From: Candidatus Bathyarchaeia archaeon
GTDB taxonomy: Archaea > Thermoproteota > Bathyarchaeia > Bathyarchaeales > Bathycorpusculaceae
Direction: 5' to 3'
DNA length: 64,000 nucleotides
Assembly: GCA_038883715.1 (NCBI GenBank)
Contig: JAVZLS010000001.1
Coordinates: 32,001 to 96,000, forward strand
The notes under the pieces were generated by a model that ran no database searches, was not told the DNA's origin, and worked only from the letters and a program-made list of their open reading frames with translations. Shown one piece after another: positions 31,488 to 40,996 of this stretch. Numbering within the stretch: position 1 is the first letter of the stretch; each line of letters begins with the position of its first letter. A program made the translations under genes and the position numbers.

Positions 31488-31496
31488 AGAAAAAGG

Positions 31497-33149
31497 CTAG
31501 GAGGCGCATTTAAGCTCACGTATTTTCCTGTCAAAGATCCTGCGAAGCATGGATATAGGCAGATAACCATTAGCAGTTATGGTATCATGGAAAAACTTCT
31601 CGTCAAACCTTTCACCCATCTTCTGTTTAACCTCCTCCCTCAGTTTTAAGATCATATGTTTTCCCAGCAAATAGGACAGTGGATATCCGGGCGTCTGAGT
31701 GTAGCGGTTAACCTCCGCCACTGCAGCTTCTCTGGACATGCCAGCTTCTCTAACGAGCATGTCTACGGCTTCTTCAAAGCTCATTTCGCCTCTTGAAAGT
31801 TTAACATCAACTATTATGCGGACAGCCCGCCATATCATATCATTAATCTGTATTAGGCGTGTTTCCAAATCCGTTATGAAGCCCTTCTCCCACATAAGCT
31901 CCTCACAATAATGCGCCCAACCCTCGACAGTTTCGGAGCCTTCAGCTAAAAGCCTAATTACGCTTCCACGGTTCGAAACGGAACCTTGAAGGAAGTGTCC
32001 CGGAAAAGCCTCATGAACAGCAGTATTCCTAATCGAAGGATAGTTTAAGTGCTTTCCAAGGTTTGCGGGATCTTTCGGCCTAGTTACCACATAAATCCCT
32101 ATCTGCGGCTTGTCAAATTTCGCTGGCATCATTAAGGCTGCGAAGGGTATAACAGGCGTCATGAAGGCTGGGGTCTCCTCAACCAGCAGCACATCCTCTG
32201 GATAAACCGTTGCGATGCCCTTTTCTTGGACGAAACGCCTTGCCTCCTCCATCGCTTTTTTGGTATATTCCAGAGCTTCTTCGAAAGTTTTTGGGGCCTT
32301 ACTCTCAATCATTTTGAGAACATCTTCAACAGACTTTCCAGGGGCTATTTGTTGGGCAATGCGCTCCCTTTCAGCTTTCAATTCGTTTAGGTATTTTATG
32401 CCAAGCTGAAGTATTTCATCAGAGGTCATTCCAAGCTCGCGAAGCTGGAGAAGCCTTTCAAATTTTTCCTTGCCAAGAGCCCACTCCTCACATGTCTTGT
32501 TTAGGAGGTTGTGGAGCCAATCCATGTGCGCTTTAAATGCTGGGTAAAAGTTTTCCACAGCTTTTTGAAGCCTCTCGTAGGTCTTGTCTGAGATCTTACC
32601 TTTCACTGCTTGAAGTATGAAAATGAATAAGCCCATCAAGTTTTGGGTTTTCTCTATGGCTAACTGTGTCCACAGTCGCACCGGCTGCGATTTCTCGAAT
32701 CTTGAACGGAACTCTTCAAGGTATCTGGGCATCTGCTCTATTCTTGCGGCTATTGCGTCAATTCGCTTTTCCAAGGGCGCATAATCCCTTGTGAACATTA
32801 TGAATATTAGTCCGCCCAGGTCCTCTGAAACGTCCGGGTTTAACTCATGAATCCGCCTTTCATAAAAGTCAAATTTCCAACGTTCGTACGCCTTCTCCAA
32901 AACTTCCCAATCTATTTTATGATCTTCGTTGAGTTCAGTTGGATTCACAGTTTCCCTCAAGCGGGTAAGTCCTTCTTCCATCAGTTTGAGGTTTTCCAGA
33001 AGCCTTTCAGTGGAGCCCTTCGGCAGCATATAATCGTAGGGTTCATGAAGCCCTAAATAGGTGGCAAAGTCAGGGTTTTTCTCCAAAAACTTTTCTAGAA
33101 ACTCTTTTGTAAACTTTTCAAATACTTCATCAGCGCTCATTTTCACCAC
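31497..33149 (-). CDS. DUF885 family metallopeptidase-like protein
   Basis: HEAFPGHFLQ, EGWAHYCE, RAVRIIVD, PGY..SY. Confidence 0.88.
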   Translation of the reverse strand: MVKMSADEVFEKFTKEFLEKFLEKNPDFATYLGLHEPYDYMLPKGSTERLLENLKLMEEGLTRLRETVNPTELNEDHKIDWEVLEKAYERWKFDFYERRIHELNPDVSEDLGGLIFIMFTRDYAPLEKRIDAIAARIEQMPRYLEEFRSRFEKSQPVRLWTQLAIEKTQNLMGLFIFILQAVKGKISDKTYERLQKAVENFYPAFKAHMDWLHNLLNKTCEEWALGKEKFERLLQLRELGMTSDEILQLGIKYLNELKAERERIAQQIAPGKSVEDVLKMIESKAPKTFEEALEYTKKAMEEARRFVQEKGIATVYPEDVLLVEETPAFMTPVIPFAALMMPAKFDKPQIGIYVVTRPKDPANLGKHLNYPSIRNTAVHEAFPGHFLQGSVSNRGSVIRLLAEGSETVEGWAHYCEELMWEKGFITDLETRLIQINDMIWRAVRIIVDVKLSRGEMSFEEAVDMLVREAGMSREAAVAEVNRYTQTPGYPLSYLLGKHMILKLREEVKQKMGERFDEKFFHDTITANGYLPISMLRRIFDRKIRELKCAS

Positions 33150-33269
33150 TTTTGAAATTTTTAGCTCGGCGAGGCTTTAAGCTTTTAGAGGCTTTAGCCC
33201 ACAACTGTTAAAACAGCACAAGTTCTTTAAGACGTAAATGTTATTATAGATAGAAAGCGAGGAATCCAC

Positions 33270-33962
33270 ATGGCAATTGAAAAAACGCCTGGAAAAAATG
33301 AGATTCTTTTTGTTTGGTTTAACCGTTATGCTGGAGTAACCATAAAAACCCCCTTGAAAACCCTCGTGGTAGATCCTGTTGACGTGAAGCCCAAAGTTTT
33401 CCAGAAGGTTGACGCCATCCTCATAAGCCACGAGCACTACGACCACCTAGACCCGTCGCTTGTCTCAGAAGTCCACAAGTTGACTGGTTGCATGGTCATA
33501 GCAGACCCAACATCCGCAAGGAGACTTCGCAACACCATACCAGCTGAAAAACTACACGAAGTTCAACCGGGCTCTGGGGTTAAAGTCGGCGAAGTCTCTG
33601 TAAAAGCCGAAAAATGTAATCATCCACCAGCAGCCACACCTATATCCTTCATAATAACAAGCGAGGACGGCGTAAAAGTCTTCCACACAGCGGACAGCCT
33701 CCCCTTCCCAGAAATGGCAAGCATAGGTGAGAGAGAAAAATTCGACTTGGTCTTCTGCACCGTCGGCATTGCACCTGGAACTTCGCCGGAAACAGGCGTT
33801 GAGATAGCCAGACTTACGAAGCCTAAGGTGGCTGTTCCCTATCATACCGGCTCTTCTGCAGACCTTAAAAGGTTCGGCGAACTTTTGAAGAGGGAGATGC
33901 CAAAGGTCACATGCCTAATCCCAGAGGTTGGAAAGATTTACCAGGTTTCAAAAAAGGTGTAG
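33270..33962 (+). CDS. MBL-fold metallo-hydrolase
   Basis: SHEHYDH, VDP, PYH. Confidence 0.85.
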   Translation: MAIEKTPGKNEILFVWFNRYAGVTIKTPLKTLVVDPVDVKPKVFQKVDAILISHEHYDHLDPSLVSEVHKLTGCMVIADPTSARRLRNTIPAEKLHEVQPGSGVKVGEVSVKAEKCNHPPAATPISFIITSEDGVKVFHTADSLPFPEMASIGEREKFDLVFCTVGIAPGTSPETGVEIARLTKPKVAVPYHTGSSADLKRFGELLKREMPKVTCLIPEVGKIYQVSKKV

Positions 33963-33965
33963 AGA

Positions 33966-34595
33966 ATGCTTAAAGAAAAGGGCGGCGGAGACATCAAAGC
34001 CGAAGTCTGCAAAATCCTAAACAAGATTGGCGCCCTACAATTTGGAACCTTCAAGCTCACAAGCGGGAAAATAAGCCCATACTACATAGACCTACGCATA
34101 GTTCCAAGCTTCCCAGACGCCTTCCAGAAAATCTGCAGCCTCTACACAAACTTTGTCAGGGAGAAGATAGGCGTTGAAAACTTCGAAAGAGTGGCCGGAA
34201 TCCCCGTGGCAGGCATACCCTTCGCCTCGCTGGTAGCCTACAACCTCAAAAAGCCATTCTTATACATACGCAAAGGCGTGCGCCTCCATGGAAGACAAAG
34301 AAGAGTTGAAGGAATCCTCACACCCGGAGACAGAGTTCTCCTAGTGGACGACCTAATCACCACCGGACTATCGCTTAGAAGGGCGGCAAAAGCCATAACA
34401 GCCGAAGGTGGAATAGTAAACGACGCAGTGGTCTTATTAGACAGAGAGGAAGGCGGCGAGGAAAAATTAAAGAAAAACGGTATTAGGCTTCACGCCCTCC
34501 TCAACATCAGCGAAGTGGCAAAAACGCTCTACGAGACAGGCGCAATAAACGAGGAACAGTTAAAGACGATTTTGAAGCAAGTTAAAAAGGAATAA
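33966..34595 (+). CDS. pyrE: Orotate phosphoribosyltransferase
   Basis: FKLTSGKISPYYIDLR; VDDLITTG PRPP loop. Confidence 0.93.
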   Translation: MLKEKGGGDIKAEVCKILNKIGALQFGTFKLTSGKISPYYIDLRIVPSFPDAFQKICSLYTNFVREKIGVENFERVAGIPVAGIPFASLVAYNLKKPFLYIRKGVRLHGRQRRVEGILTPGDRVLLVDDLITTGLSLRRAAKAITAEGGIVNDAVVLLDREEGGEEKLKKNGIRLHALLNISEVAKTLYETGAINEEQLKTILKQVKKE

Positions 34596-34627
34596 AAAGA
34601 AAGCGTTAGAAGATGCTGGAAAGGGCC

Positions 34628-35197
34628 TCACTCGTAGAATATTAATTTCTTCTCCTCCAACATCTCATGAAGCTTATGGACGGCATCATAAACGTCTTGC
34701 TCTCTCTTAGCTCCTGTGCAGACAAGCTTGCCACTTGCAAAAAGCAGTATAACAACTTTGGGATTATCCATCCTATAGATTAGCCCTGGAAACTGCTCAG
34801 GCTCATACATGGTTTTTCCAAGAGTGTAGGCTGCCTTCTCCAGGTCTATCATACCGCCAAGACTCGCAGAAGCCACAATGTTCTGAATTTTCAATTCAGG
34901 CTTGCTTATGATTATTATTCCGCCCCGCTTCAGCTCCTTGATAACCTTCATGACAGCCCTACGCGCTTCCTTCTCGGATTTGGCTCCGGTGCAAACCATC
35001 TTACCAGAATTGAAGATTAAAGTGGCTGTTTTTGGCCTTTTAAGCCTAAAAACAAGCCCTGGAAACTGTTCAGGACGGTATTCGACTCCAGGATAGCCTT
35101 TAACAACGGCGTTCAAGTCCACCTTTTGATTCAAAGTTGCTGAAGCTACAACATTTTCTATGCTTATCATAGCCTTGACTTTAGGCATAAACACCAC
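34628..35197 (-). CDS. tbp: TATA-box binding protein
   Basis: Two repeats ENVVAS/QNIVAS, Y.PEQFPGL, SGK.VCTGAK. Confidence 0.97.
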   Translation of the reverse strand: MVFMPKVKAMISIENVVASATLNQKVDLNAVVKGYPGVEYRPEQFPGLVFRLKRPKTATLIFNSGKMVCTGAKSEKEARRAVMKVIKELKRGGIIIISKPELKIQNIVASASLGGMIDLEKAAYTLGKTMYEPEQFPGLIYRMDNPKVVILLFASGKLVCTGAKREQDVYDAVHKLHEMLEEKKLIFYE

Positions 35198-35332
35198 TTC
35201 TACATATCAAGTCTTTAAATATCCTTTATAAAGCCTTAGGTTTAAAACTCTCTTAAAAGATTTGAGCTCTAATCTGGTAAAAACTTAAATCAATCAATCG
35301 TAACCTTTATGACTCTATAAAGGGTTGAAGAG

Positions 35333-36280
35333 TTGGGGAAAACTTCCAAGCAGGGATACATGTTTATACCGCCTGCGGTCTTCGCATCATTCCTTTTAGC
35401 CTTCTATTTGACTTTCAAAATCCTGCCAGGTCCAGAATTTATATTTCTATGCCTGTTTGTGTACACCTCTTATGCTAAAGGCGATAACTGCTTTGTGAGA
35501 GCCTTCACGCCATTCATTTTATCTTTTCTATCCTATGAGGCGTTGAATGGGCTTATAGACCGCGTGCCAAGATATATCCACGTTCACGAGCCAGTAGCCG
35601 CTGACTTATGGATTTTTAATGCTGTCCCAACCCTTGTGCTTCAAAAGTCCATTAGGACGCCAATTTTAGACTACATTGGAGCCACTGTTTACTCCCTACA
35701 TTTCATAGCTCCAACAATCTTCGCCTTCACATTGTGGAAATATAAGCCGGGACAGTACCAAAAATATGTCCTAGCCTTTATGATATGCACTTATAGTGCC
35801 CTCATAACATACCTTGTTTTTCCAGTGGCGCCCCCATGGTATGGGGTTGGAGCCACCAGAATACTTTTCCAGGTTGACCATAACTTGGGCGTTCCCATGT
35901 ATAGGACAATCTACAATTATATTGGAGTAAACCAATTCGCGGCATTTCCAAGCCTTCATTCGGCAATCCCATGGCTAATAGCCCTCTCCGCTCTTAACGC
36001 TTGGAAGAAGAAAGCCTTACCAACCTTAATTTTTCCTGTGACGGTCTGGTTCAGTGCCGTTTACCTTGGAGAGCATTACGTTATTGATGTTGTTGGCGGG
36101 ATTGTTTATGCAACCTTAGCTTTTATCATGGCGTATAAAAAAGATAGAATTAAGATTAGCTTTGCCTTTGGCGAGAGTTTCGCCGACTTAATACTTGATA
36201 GTTTGGAAAAGATTGAGCTTCCAGTATACCGAAAAGGCGAACAAATTTACGCCTTCATCGTTAGGCGCGTCTTGTTGTAA
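35333..36280 (+). CDS. PAP2/AUR1-like membrane phosphotransferase/phosphatase
   Basis: PVAPPW, AAFPSLH, HYVID motifs; multiple TMs. Confidence 0.82.
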   Translation: MGKTSKQGYMFIPPAVFASFLLAFYLTFKILPGPEFIFLCLFVYTSYAKGDNCFVRAFTPFILSFLSYEALNGLIDRVPRYIHVHEPVAADLWIFNAVPTLVLQKSIRTPILDYIGATVYSLHFIAPTIFAFTLWKYKPGQYQKYVLAFMICTYSALITYLVFPVAPPWYGVGATRILFQVDHNLGVPMYRTIYNYIGVNQFAAFPSLHSAIPWLIALSALNAWKKKALPTLIFPVTVWFSAVYLGEHYVIDVVGGIVYATLAFIMAYKKDRIKISFAFGESFADLILDSLEKIELPVYRKGEQIYAFIVRRVLL

Positions 36281-36294
36281 AGCTAATTTATGTA

Positions 36295-36498
36295 TTACAT
36301 TTTTCGCCACAAGTCTGAGACTCGTCCAACCTTTACAAGTTTCCATTTGCCGAAAAAGTCCTTTTTATAAAAGTGGTATAAGCCACATTGGGGACACTGC
36401 ATGATTCGCCGGTTCTTCTCGTAGTCCATTTCATAAAGTTTTAATTCTGTGCCACATTCGACGCATTTGGGCTGCGCCTTTATGGTTTCCCTAAACAC
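36295..36498 (-). CDS. Small zinc-ribbon protein
   Basis: CVECG...CPQCG; overlaps the signal peptidase stop. Confidence 0.7.
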   Translation of the reverse strand: MFRETIKAQPKCVECGTELKLYEMDYEKNRRIMQCPQCGLYHFYKKDFFGKWKLVKVGRVSDLWRKM

Positions 36499-37432
36499 GA
36501 ACCCCCAACTCCATCCGCCTTTTTCTTCTCCAAGCTCTTAGGAAATTGTAGAGCTTCCATAAGTTGTAGACTGCCAGTATTATAAGGAAAAGTTGGAACC
36601 ATGAAAATGTCGGGACTCCATAGCGCAGATTACCACTTACTTGATAGTCAATTTGATATGTCAAGAAGCCTAAATGGAGATATGCTTTTGCGCTATATTT
36701 TTCATGAAATTGTAAGTCAGAGAACATGCCATAAATAATTGCTCTTTGTGGCGTGGCTCCGGGCTGGGGGATAGTTAAAGAACCCCATAAGCTGAAGATT
36801 ATGAGCCCTAGCAGAATTATGTTTATGATTATGTAGAAAAGTTGGCGGAGGCTTATTTTTGAGAAGAGCATTCTCTCTTCGATTTGTTGTCCCTCTTTGG
36901 GTTTTTCTTCCCGGCGGGTGCCGAAAGGCAACATTAGGATTATTAAGATCACTATAATCGCCAGAAATAGAATGTACATGTTTCTTTCTGAGTGAAGGAG
37001 AAGTGGTAGGTTGCCAATGGCGGGGATTCTTGCTATCACTTTGCCGATAAGCCTTGTTGAAGGCCATGAGGGGTCATTTGTGTTGGTGTTGTCCCCGCGG
37101 GTTGTAATCCAATAAACGCCATTCTCGTCGCGCGTTACATCGATGGCTCTGTGGACAATAAGTTCGTCTCCACGCCAATAAACTAGGATGTCTCCATTGA
37201 TGAGATCGGCGCGGATTTGAGCTGGGTCTATTTTTTGCACTATTATTAGGTCTCCTATGTTTAGGGTTGGGAGCATGCTTCCCGATGCCACCGCAAGCGC
37301 TGGATATTCCGCTCCTAGGGCTGCCTGTGTGCCGTAATAGAGGCCGAAAACTATTATGAGGATTAGGATGATGGTTATTGCTGTTTGGAAGTATTCGTTT
37401 TTCCAAAGCCTTTTTAGTGTCTGCGTTGCCAA
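36491..37432 (-). CDS. Signal peptidase I (Sec11/S26B) with extra C-terminal TM region
   Basis: SGSMLP, GDL, IVHR, TRGDN. Confidence 0.88.
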   Translation of the reverse strand: MATQTLKRLWKNEYFQTAITIILILIIVFGLYYGTQAALGAEYPALAVASGSMLPTLNIGDLIIVQKIDPAQIRADLINGDILVYWRGDELIVHRAIDVTRDENGVYWITTRGDNTNTNDPSWPSTRLIGKVIARIPAIGNLPLLLHSERNMYILFLAIIVILIILMLPFGTRREEKPKEGQQIEERMLFSKISLRQLFYIIINIILLGLIIFSLWGSLTIPQPGATPQRAIIYGMFSDLQFHEKYSAKAYLHLGFLTYQIDYQVSGNLRYGVPTFSWFQLFLIILAVYNLWKLYNFLRAWRRKRRMELGVRV

Positions 37433-37540
37433 GTTTTTGCCTTCTTAGAGGTTTAGTTTGTCTTGTTGAATTAGCCTTCCGTGTTTTAAAACTTAACGCT
37501 TAGTTTGGGAAAATAAAAATGAGGGGGTTGCGGGATACGT

Positions 37541-37750
37541 TTAGATTTCTATGCCTTCTGCGCCCAGTTTGACTTTGCTTACTATTCCCTTAAACTTTTT
37601 TCCACATTTTGGGCATTCATACATGCCGAAGACCGTCATGGTTATCCTCATTTTCTTGTCTGGAAAGGGGGCGATTAGCTCCCATGTCTTGTAAGGGTCT
37701 TTAACCTCTGTTCCACATTCGGGACACATGTTCTGTTTAGCCTTTGGCAT
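37541..37750 (-). CDS. Cren7-like zinc-ribbon putative chromatin protein
   Basis: CPECG..V..PYKTW.L..P.PDK..R.T..FG.YECPKCGKKF; start reset to ATG at 37750. Confidence 0.65.
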   Translation of the reverse strand: MPKAKQNMCPECGTEVKDPYKTWELIAPFPDKKMRITMTVFGMYECPKCGKKFKGIVSKVKLGAEGIEI

Positions 37751-37791
37751 GTTAGGTCGCCGGTTTGGCTTCGCCCTTTTAATGAAAGGGT

Positions 37792-37962
37792 TTAAACCTT
37801 CTTCTTGCTTAGGACTTCTCGGAAAGCCTTCTTGCATTTTGGACAGTCAAACAGTCCTATTTCCAGCTGCATCCTTTTACCTGACTTGTCGGGGCGTCCG
37901 GCCATCGTCCACTTCTTCTTAGGTGTATTCACAACGGTTCCGCATTTTGGACATTTAGCCAT
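37792..37962 (-). CDS. Cren7-like zinc-ribbon putative chromatin protein (paralog)
   Basis: MAKCPKCG...PKKKW.M..RPDK.GKR..L.IGLFDCPKCKKAFR; GGAGG upstream of ATG 37962. Confidence 0.65.
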   Translation of the reverse strand: MAKCPKCGTVVNTPKKKWTMAGRPDKSGKRMQLEIGLFDCPKCKKAFREVLSKKKV

Positions 37963-38098
37963 TATTTTTCCTCCAAACGTCCTCGATAACCATGGTTTTC
38001 TCATGATGGTAGATAAATAATTTTCCATTGCCTCCGAGTATGACGTCTGCCTTGGCATGGAAATGATGGCTTTTAAAAATGCTGTGAATGTTTTTGCT

Positions 38099-38362
38099 TC
38101 ATTTCTGGTTTTTGTGATGTAAGCCCACCACAATTTTTAGTCCTAAGCCTTTTTCCCTTTTCTTCATGTATCTTGTTTCCGTTTTTATGATTCTTATGTC
38201 GTTTCTAGCGTTTAAGTAGCTTAAAACTTCGTATTTGACTTTTCCAAGGGCTAGAAGGGTTATTGGATTTTCTAGCGCTTTTAAGCGTTTTTCCAGCTCT
38301 TCTTTCCATCTACCGTCTTTACCACAGAAAATTGGTCCCTTTCGCTCCAATTCGCTCGTCAC
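38099..38362 (-). CDS. Small basic protein, possibly a divergent Alba fold
   Basis: 87 aa; IFCGK...ITLLALGK...IIKTE...LKIVV pattern. Confidence 0.5.
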   Translation of the reverse strand: MTSELERKGPIFCGKDGRWKEELEKRLKALENPITLLALGKVKYEVLSYLNARNDIRIIKTETRYMKKREKGLGLKIVVGLHHKNQK

Positions 38363-38616
38363 TCTTCTCTTTAGAGTTGAAAGTTTCCAATTTTGTGGCT
38401 TACATATTTCGGGTTTTTCGTTGCAGTTAAGGTTTGTGGAAGATAATTCTGGAAGAATCTTCTATTTTATCATAATCAACAAAAAATTTTTATTTATTGA
38501 TTCATGTTTTTGCGTTAATTTCGTATATGGTTTTCTTCCATGTCAAGCTGAAAACTGTTAAATTGGAGCTCCTCTATAATTTTGGAGAAAAATAATAAAA
38601 GGCTGAGGATTTAGTT

Positions 38617-39573
38617 TTGCCGCCCAGAAGGGTTTGGTGTAAAATTGCGCTTTTAACAGTTTGCTATTCGCTATTCCTTTTTGGTAGTGTTCAAGCAGTT
38701 TTATGTGAAAACCAGCCCTTGGTAAGGGTTTACTTCTTCGATGTGGGACAAGGAGACGCCATATTTATAGAAACAGATGGGCATGACGTGCTTATTGATG
38801 GTGGACCCCGTAGCGCCGGTTCAATGCTCATGGGCTATTTGTCTGATTTAGGCGTTTCGGAAATAGCCTACGTGGTTGCTACGCACCCCCATGAAGACCA
38901 CATAGGTGGGCTCATATCGGTTTTGGGGTCAAGCATATCCGTTAGCGTAGTCCTGTACAACAACCAAAGCGCCACTTCACAAGTGTACAAAGATTTCATG
39001 AGCCTTGCCCAAAGCAAAATAACCATCGTCCAGAGGGGACAACAATACATTTTAAGCGAAAATGTGAATTTCACAATTCTGAATCCTGTGCAGCCTCTTA
39101 ATTTCACAGTGGCGAACAGCAACAGCATAGTCCTACGGCTTCAGGTGGGAAACGTGGCTTTTCTTTTCACTGGCGATGCCACTTTTGAGGCTGAGGAAAG
39201 CATGATGGATGCTGGCTTAAACCTTTCAAGCCAAGTTTTGAAGGTCGCCCATCACGGAAGCAGATACGCAACTTCTGAAGCCTTTTTAGACGTTGTTAAT
39301 CCATCATACGCCGTAATCAGCGCTGGAATAGGTAACCCTTATGGACATCCACACGGCGAAACTGTTCAAAGGCTTCTAAGCAAGGGTGTAACGGTCTATG
39401 GAACATATGTTTCCGGAACAATAGTCATGGGCACCGACGGACAAACAGTGTACGTTTATGGAAACCCAACGCCGATTCCAGAATTCTCGCAGCATATAGT
39501 TTTATGCTACCTTTTGATTCTATTCGCCTTATTTATGTTATGGCAAAGCGCTATACAAGTTAAGCTAGGCTAG
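38617..39573 (+). CDS. Secreted ComEC/Rec2-type MBL hydrolase with PEF-CTERM-like anchor
   Basis: FDVGQGDA, THPHEDHIGG, TGDA, KVAHHGS, NPYGHPH; C-terminal IPEF + TM. Confidence 0.85.
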   Translation: MPPRRVWCKIALLTVCYSLFLFGSVQAVLCENQPLVRVYFFDVGQGDAIFIETDGHDVLIDGGPRSAGSMLMGYLSDLGVSEIAYVVATHPHEDHIGGLISVLGSSISVSVVLYNNQSATSQVYKDFMSLAQSKITIVQRGQQYILSENVNFTILNPVQPLNFTVANSNSIVLRLQVGNVAFLFTGDATFEAEESMMDAGLNLSSQVLKVAHHGSRYATSEAFLDVVNPSYAVISAGIGNPYGHPHGETVQRLLSKGVTVYGTYVSGTIVMGTDGQTVYVYGNPTPIPEFSQHIVLCYLLILFALFMLWQSAIQVKLG

Positions 39574-40050
39574 CCGCTTTATTAGGCGTCCTTCCCGGTC
39601 TATTTCGCCCCTTCGAATTCGCGTTGTAGATATGGGTGCATGATTCTCCGATGGAACCATGTCTATGACTATTATGTTTAGGGGTTCCAGTCCGCGTTTG
39701 GCTCTCTCCTCGTTTATTTTCCTTGCTGTTGGTTCTGTTTCCCGGCTGACTATTAGGGCTTCTAGGCAGCCCCTTTGCAACGTAACTCCATAAGCGTCAT
39801 TTAGCGGGATTATTTTTGCCCTTTCCATTAAGCCGTGCTCTTGCAGGAAAGCCTTCAGCTCTTTTAAGCGTTCTTCGTAGGAGGCCACTATGTGGGGCTT
39901 GTTCATTTTGGCTACAAAATCGTCTGTGCATAAGCCTATCAATACTTGTTCGCCCACCTCAAAAGCCTTCAACAATAGCGCCTTATGTCCCTTGTGGAGT
40001 TCGTCGAAGGTTCCGCCAACAGCCACAACCTTAAACCTTTTAGCCTCCAA
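39565..40050 (-). CDS. coaD: Phosphopantetheine adenylyltransferase (archaeal)
   Basis: GGTFDELHKGH, VS.ET, ISTTRIR. Confidence 0.9.
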   Translation of the reverse strand: MEAKRFKVVAVGGTFDELHKGHKALLLKAFEVGEQVLIGLCTDDFVAKMNKPHIVASYEERLKELKAFLQEHGLMERAKIIPLNDAYGVTLQRGCLEALIVSRETEPTARKINEERAKRGLEPLNIIVIDMVPSENHAPISTTRIRRGEIDREGRLIKRLA

Positions 40051-40053
40051 TCC

Positions 40054-40995
40054 CTATCCCAGCAGCCTCGCCCCGTAAAGCTCCACATTCGCCACGAGAA
40101 CCCTCTCTTCTGGAAGAACCCTCTTAAAAGCTTGAGCCACTCTCTCGGCGTTTTCCGATGTTGTTAATGCGTGGACAGCCTCCCCAACCATGTTTTGAGC
40201 CGCGCCGATAGCGCCAGCCTCGTCGGCAACCCGAAACAGCTTGCGAACTCGTTCGGTAGCGAAGCCCGTTTTTTCAGCAAAATCGCGGCAACAAGCCAAA
40301 AAATTCTCAAGGGATGGTTCAGCCAAAATCTTTTCTAGGATGAGCCTACCCCACCTGTTGACAGCTGAGCGTTTTTCAGGCGAGGATAAAACCTCTTTAG
40401 TCGGTATTGGACCAAAAACGCCGGCGACAATCACGTAGTCCTCAGATATTGGGATGTGGTCAATTATGGCTTTTCCAGGCGCGCCAGGCTCAACGGTAAT
40501 AACGCAGCCTCCGCCAATTGTTAGCGGTGCAACGGTGCCAAGACCAGTTTTGCATTTTATTTCTGCTATGTGAGCTATTTTGCCAAGCTGGTTAATTGTC
40601 AAATTTAACCCTAAAGCCTTAGATAAAGCCAAGGCAGCGGTTAGGGCTCCGCCGGCACTCGTACCAAAGCCAGCCCCTATGGGGACGTCAACCCAATGCC
40701 TAACCTCAACATCATAACAGCCATCAGCCCTTTCAAGAAGCATCTCAACAACAGTCCGCGTGGTCTCAGCATCCGGAGCGTTTCGTCTGTTAATGTAAAT
40801 TTTTACATTGTTTTGTTTTGCCTCTGAAACATGCACTTCTGTTGTTACGCCCTTCTTAATTCCGAAGCCCCCGCCCCTAGCGCCAACCTTTTCAAGGTCT
40901 TTTATTGGTGTTCCATCCGACATTGTGTCGCATATTTCAAAAAAACTCGAAATTCCAGCTGGACTGAAAGCTTTGGCTTTTTTCAAGGTTTTCAA
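40054..40995 (-). CDS. Pantoate kinase (GHMP family)
   Basis: PIGAGFGTS, AHIAEI...TGLGTV, QNMVGE; adjacent to coaD. Confidence 0.88.
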   Translation of the reverse strand: MKTLKKAKAFSPAGISSFFEICDTMSDGTPIKDLEKVGARGGGFGIKKGVTTEVHVSEAKQNNVKIYINRRNAPDAETTRTVVEMLLERADGCYDVEVRHWVDVPIGAGFGTSAGGALTAALALSKALGLNLTINQLGKIAHIAEIKCKTGLGTVAPLTIGGGCVITVEPGAPGKAIIDHIPISEDYVIVAGVFGPIPTKEVLSSPEKRSAVNRWGRLILEKILAEPSLENFLACCRDFAEKTGFATERVRKLFRVADEAGAIGAAQNMVGEAVHALTTSENAERVAQAFKRVLPEERVLVANVELYGARLLG

Positions 40996-40996
40996 T

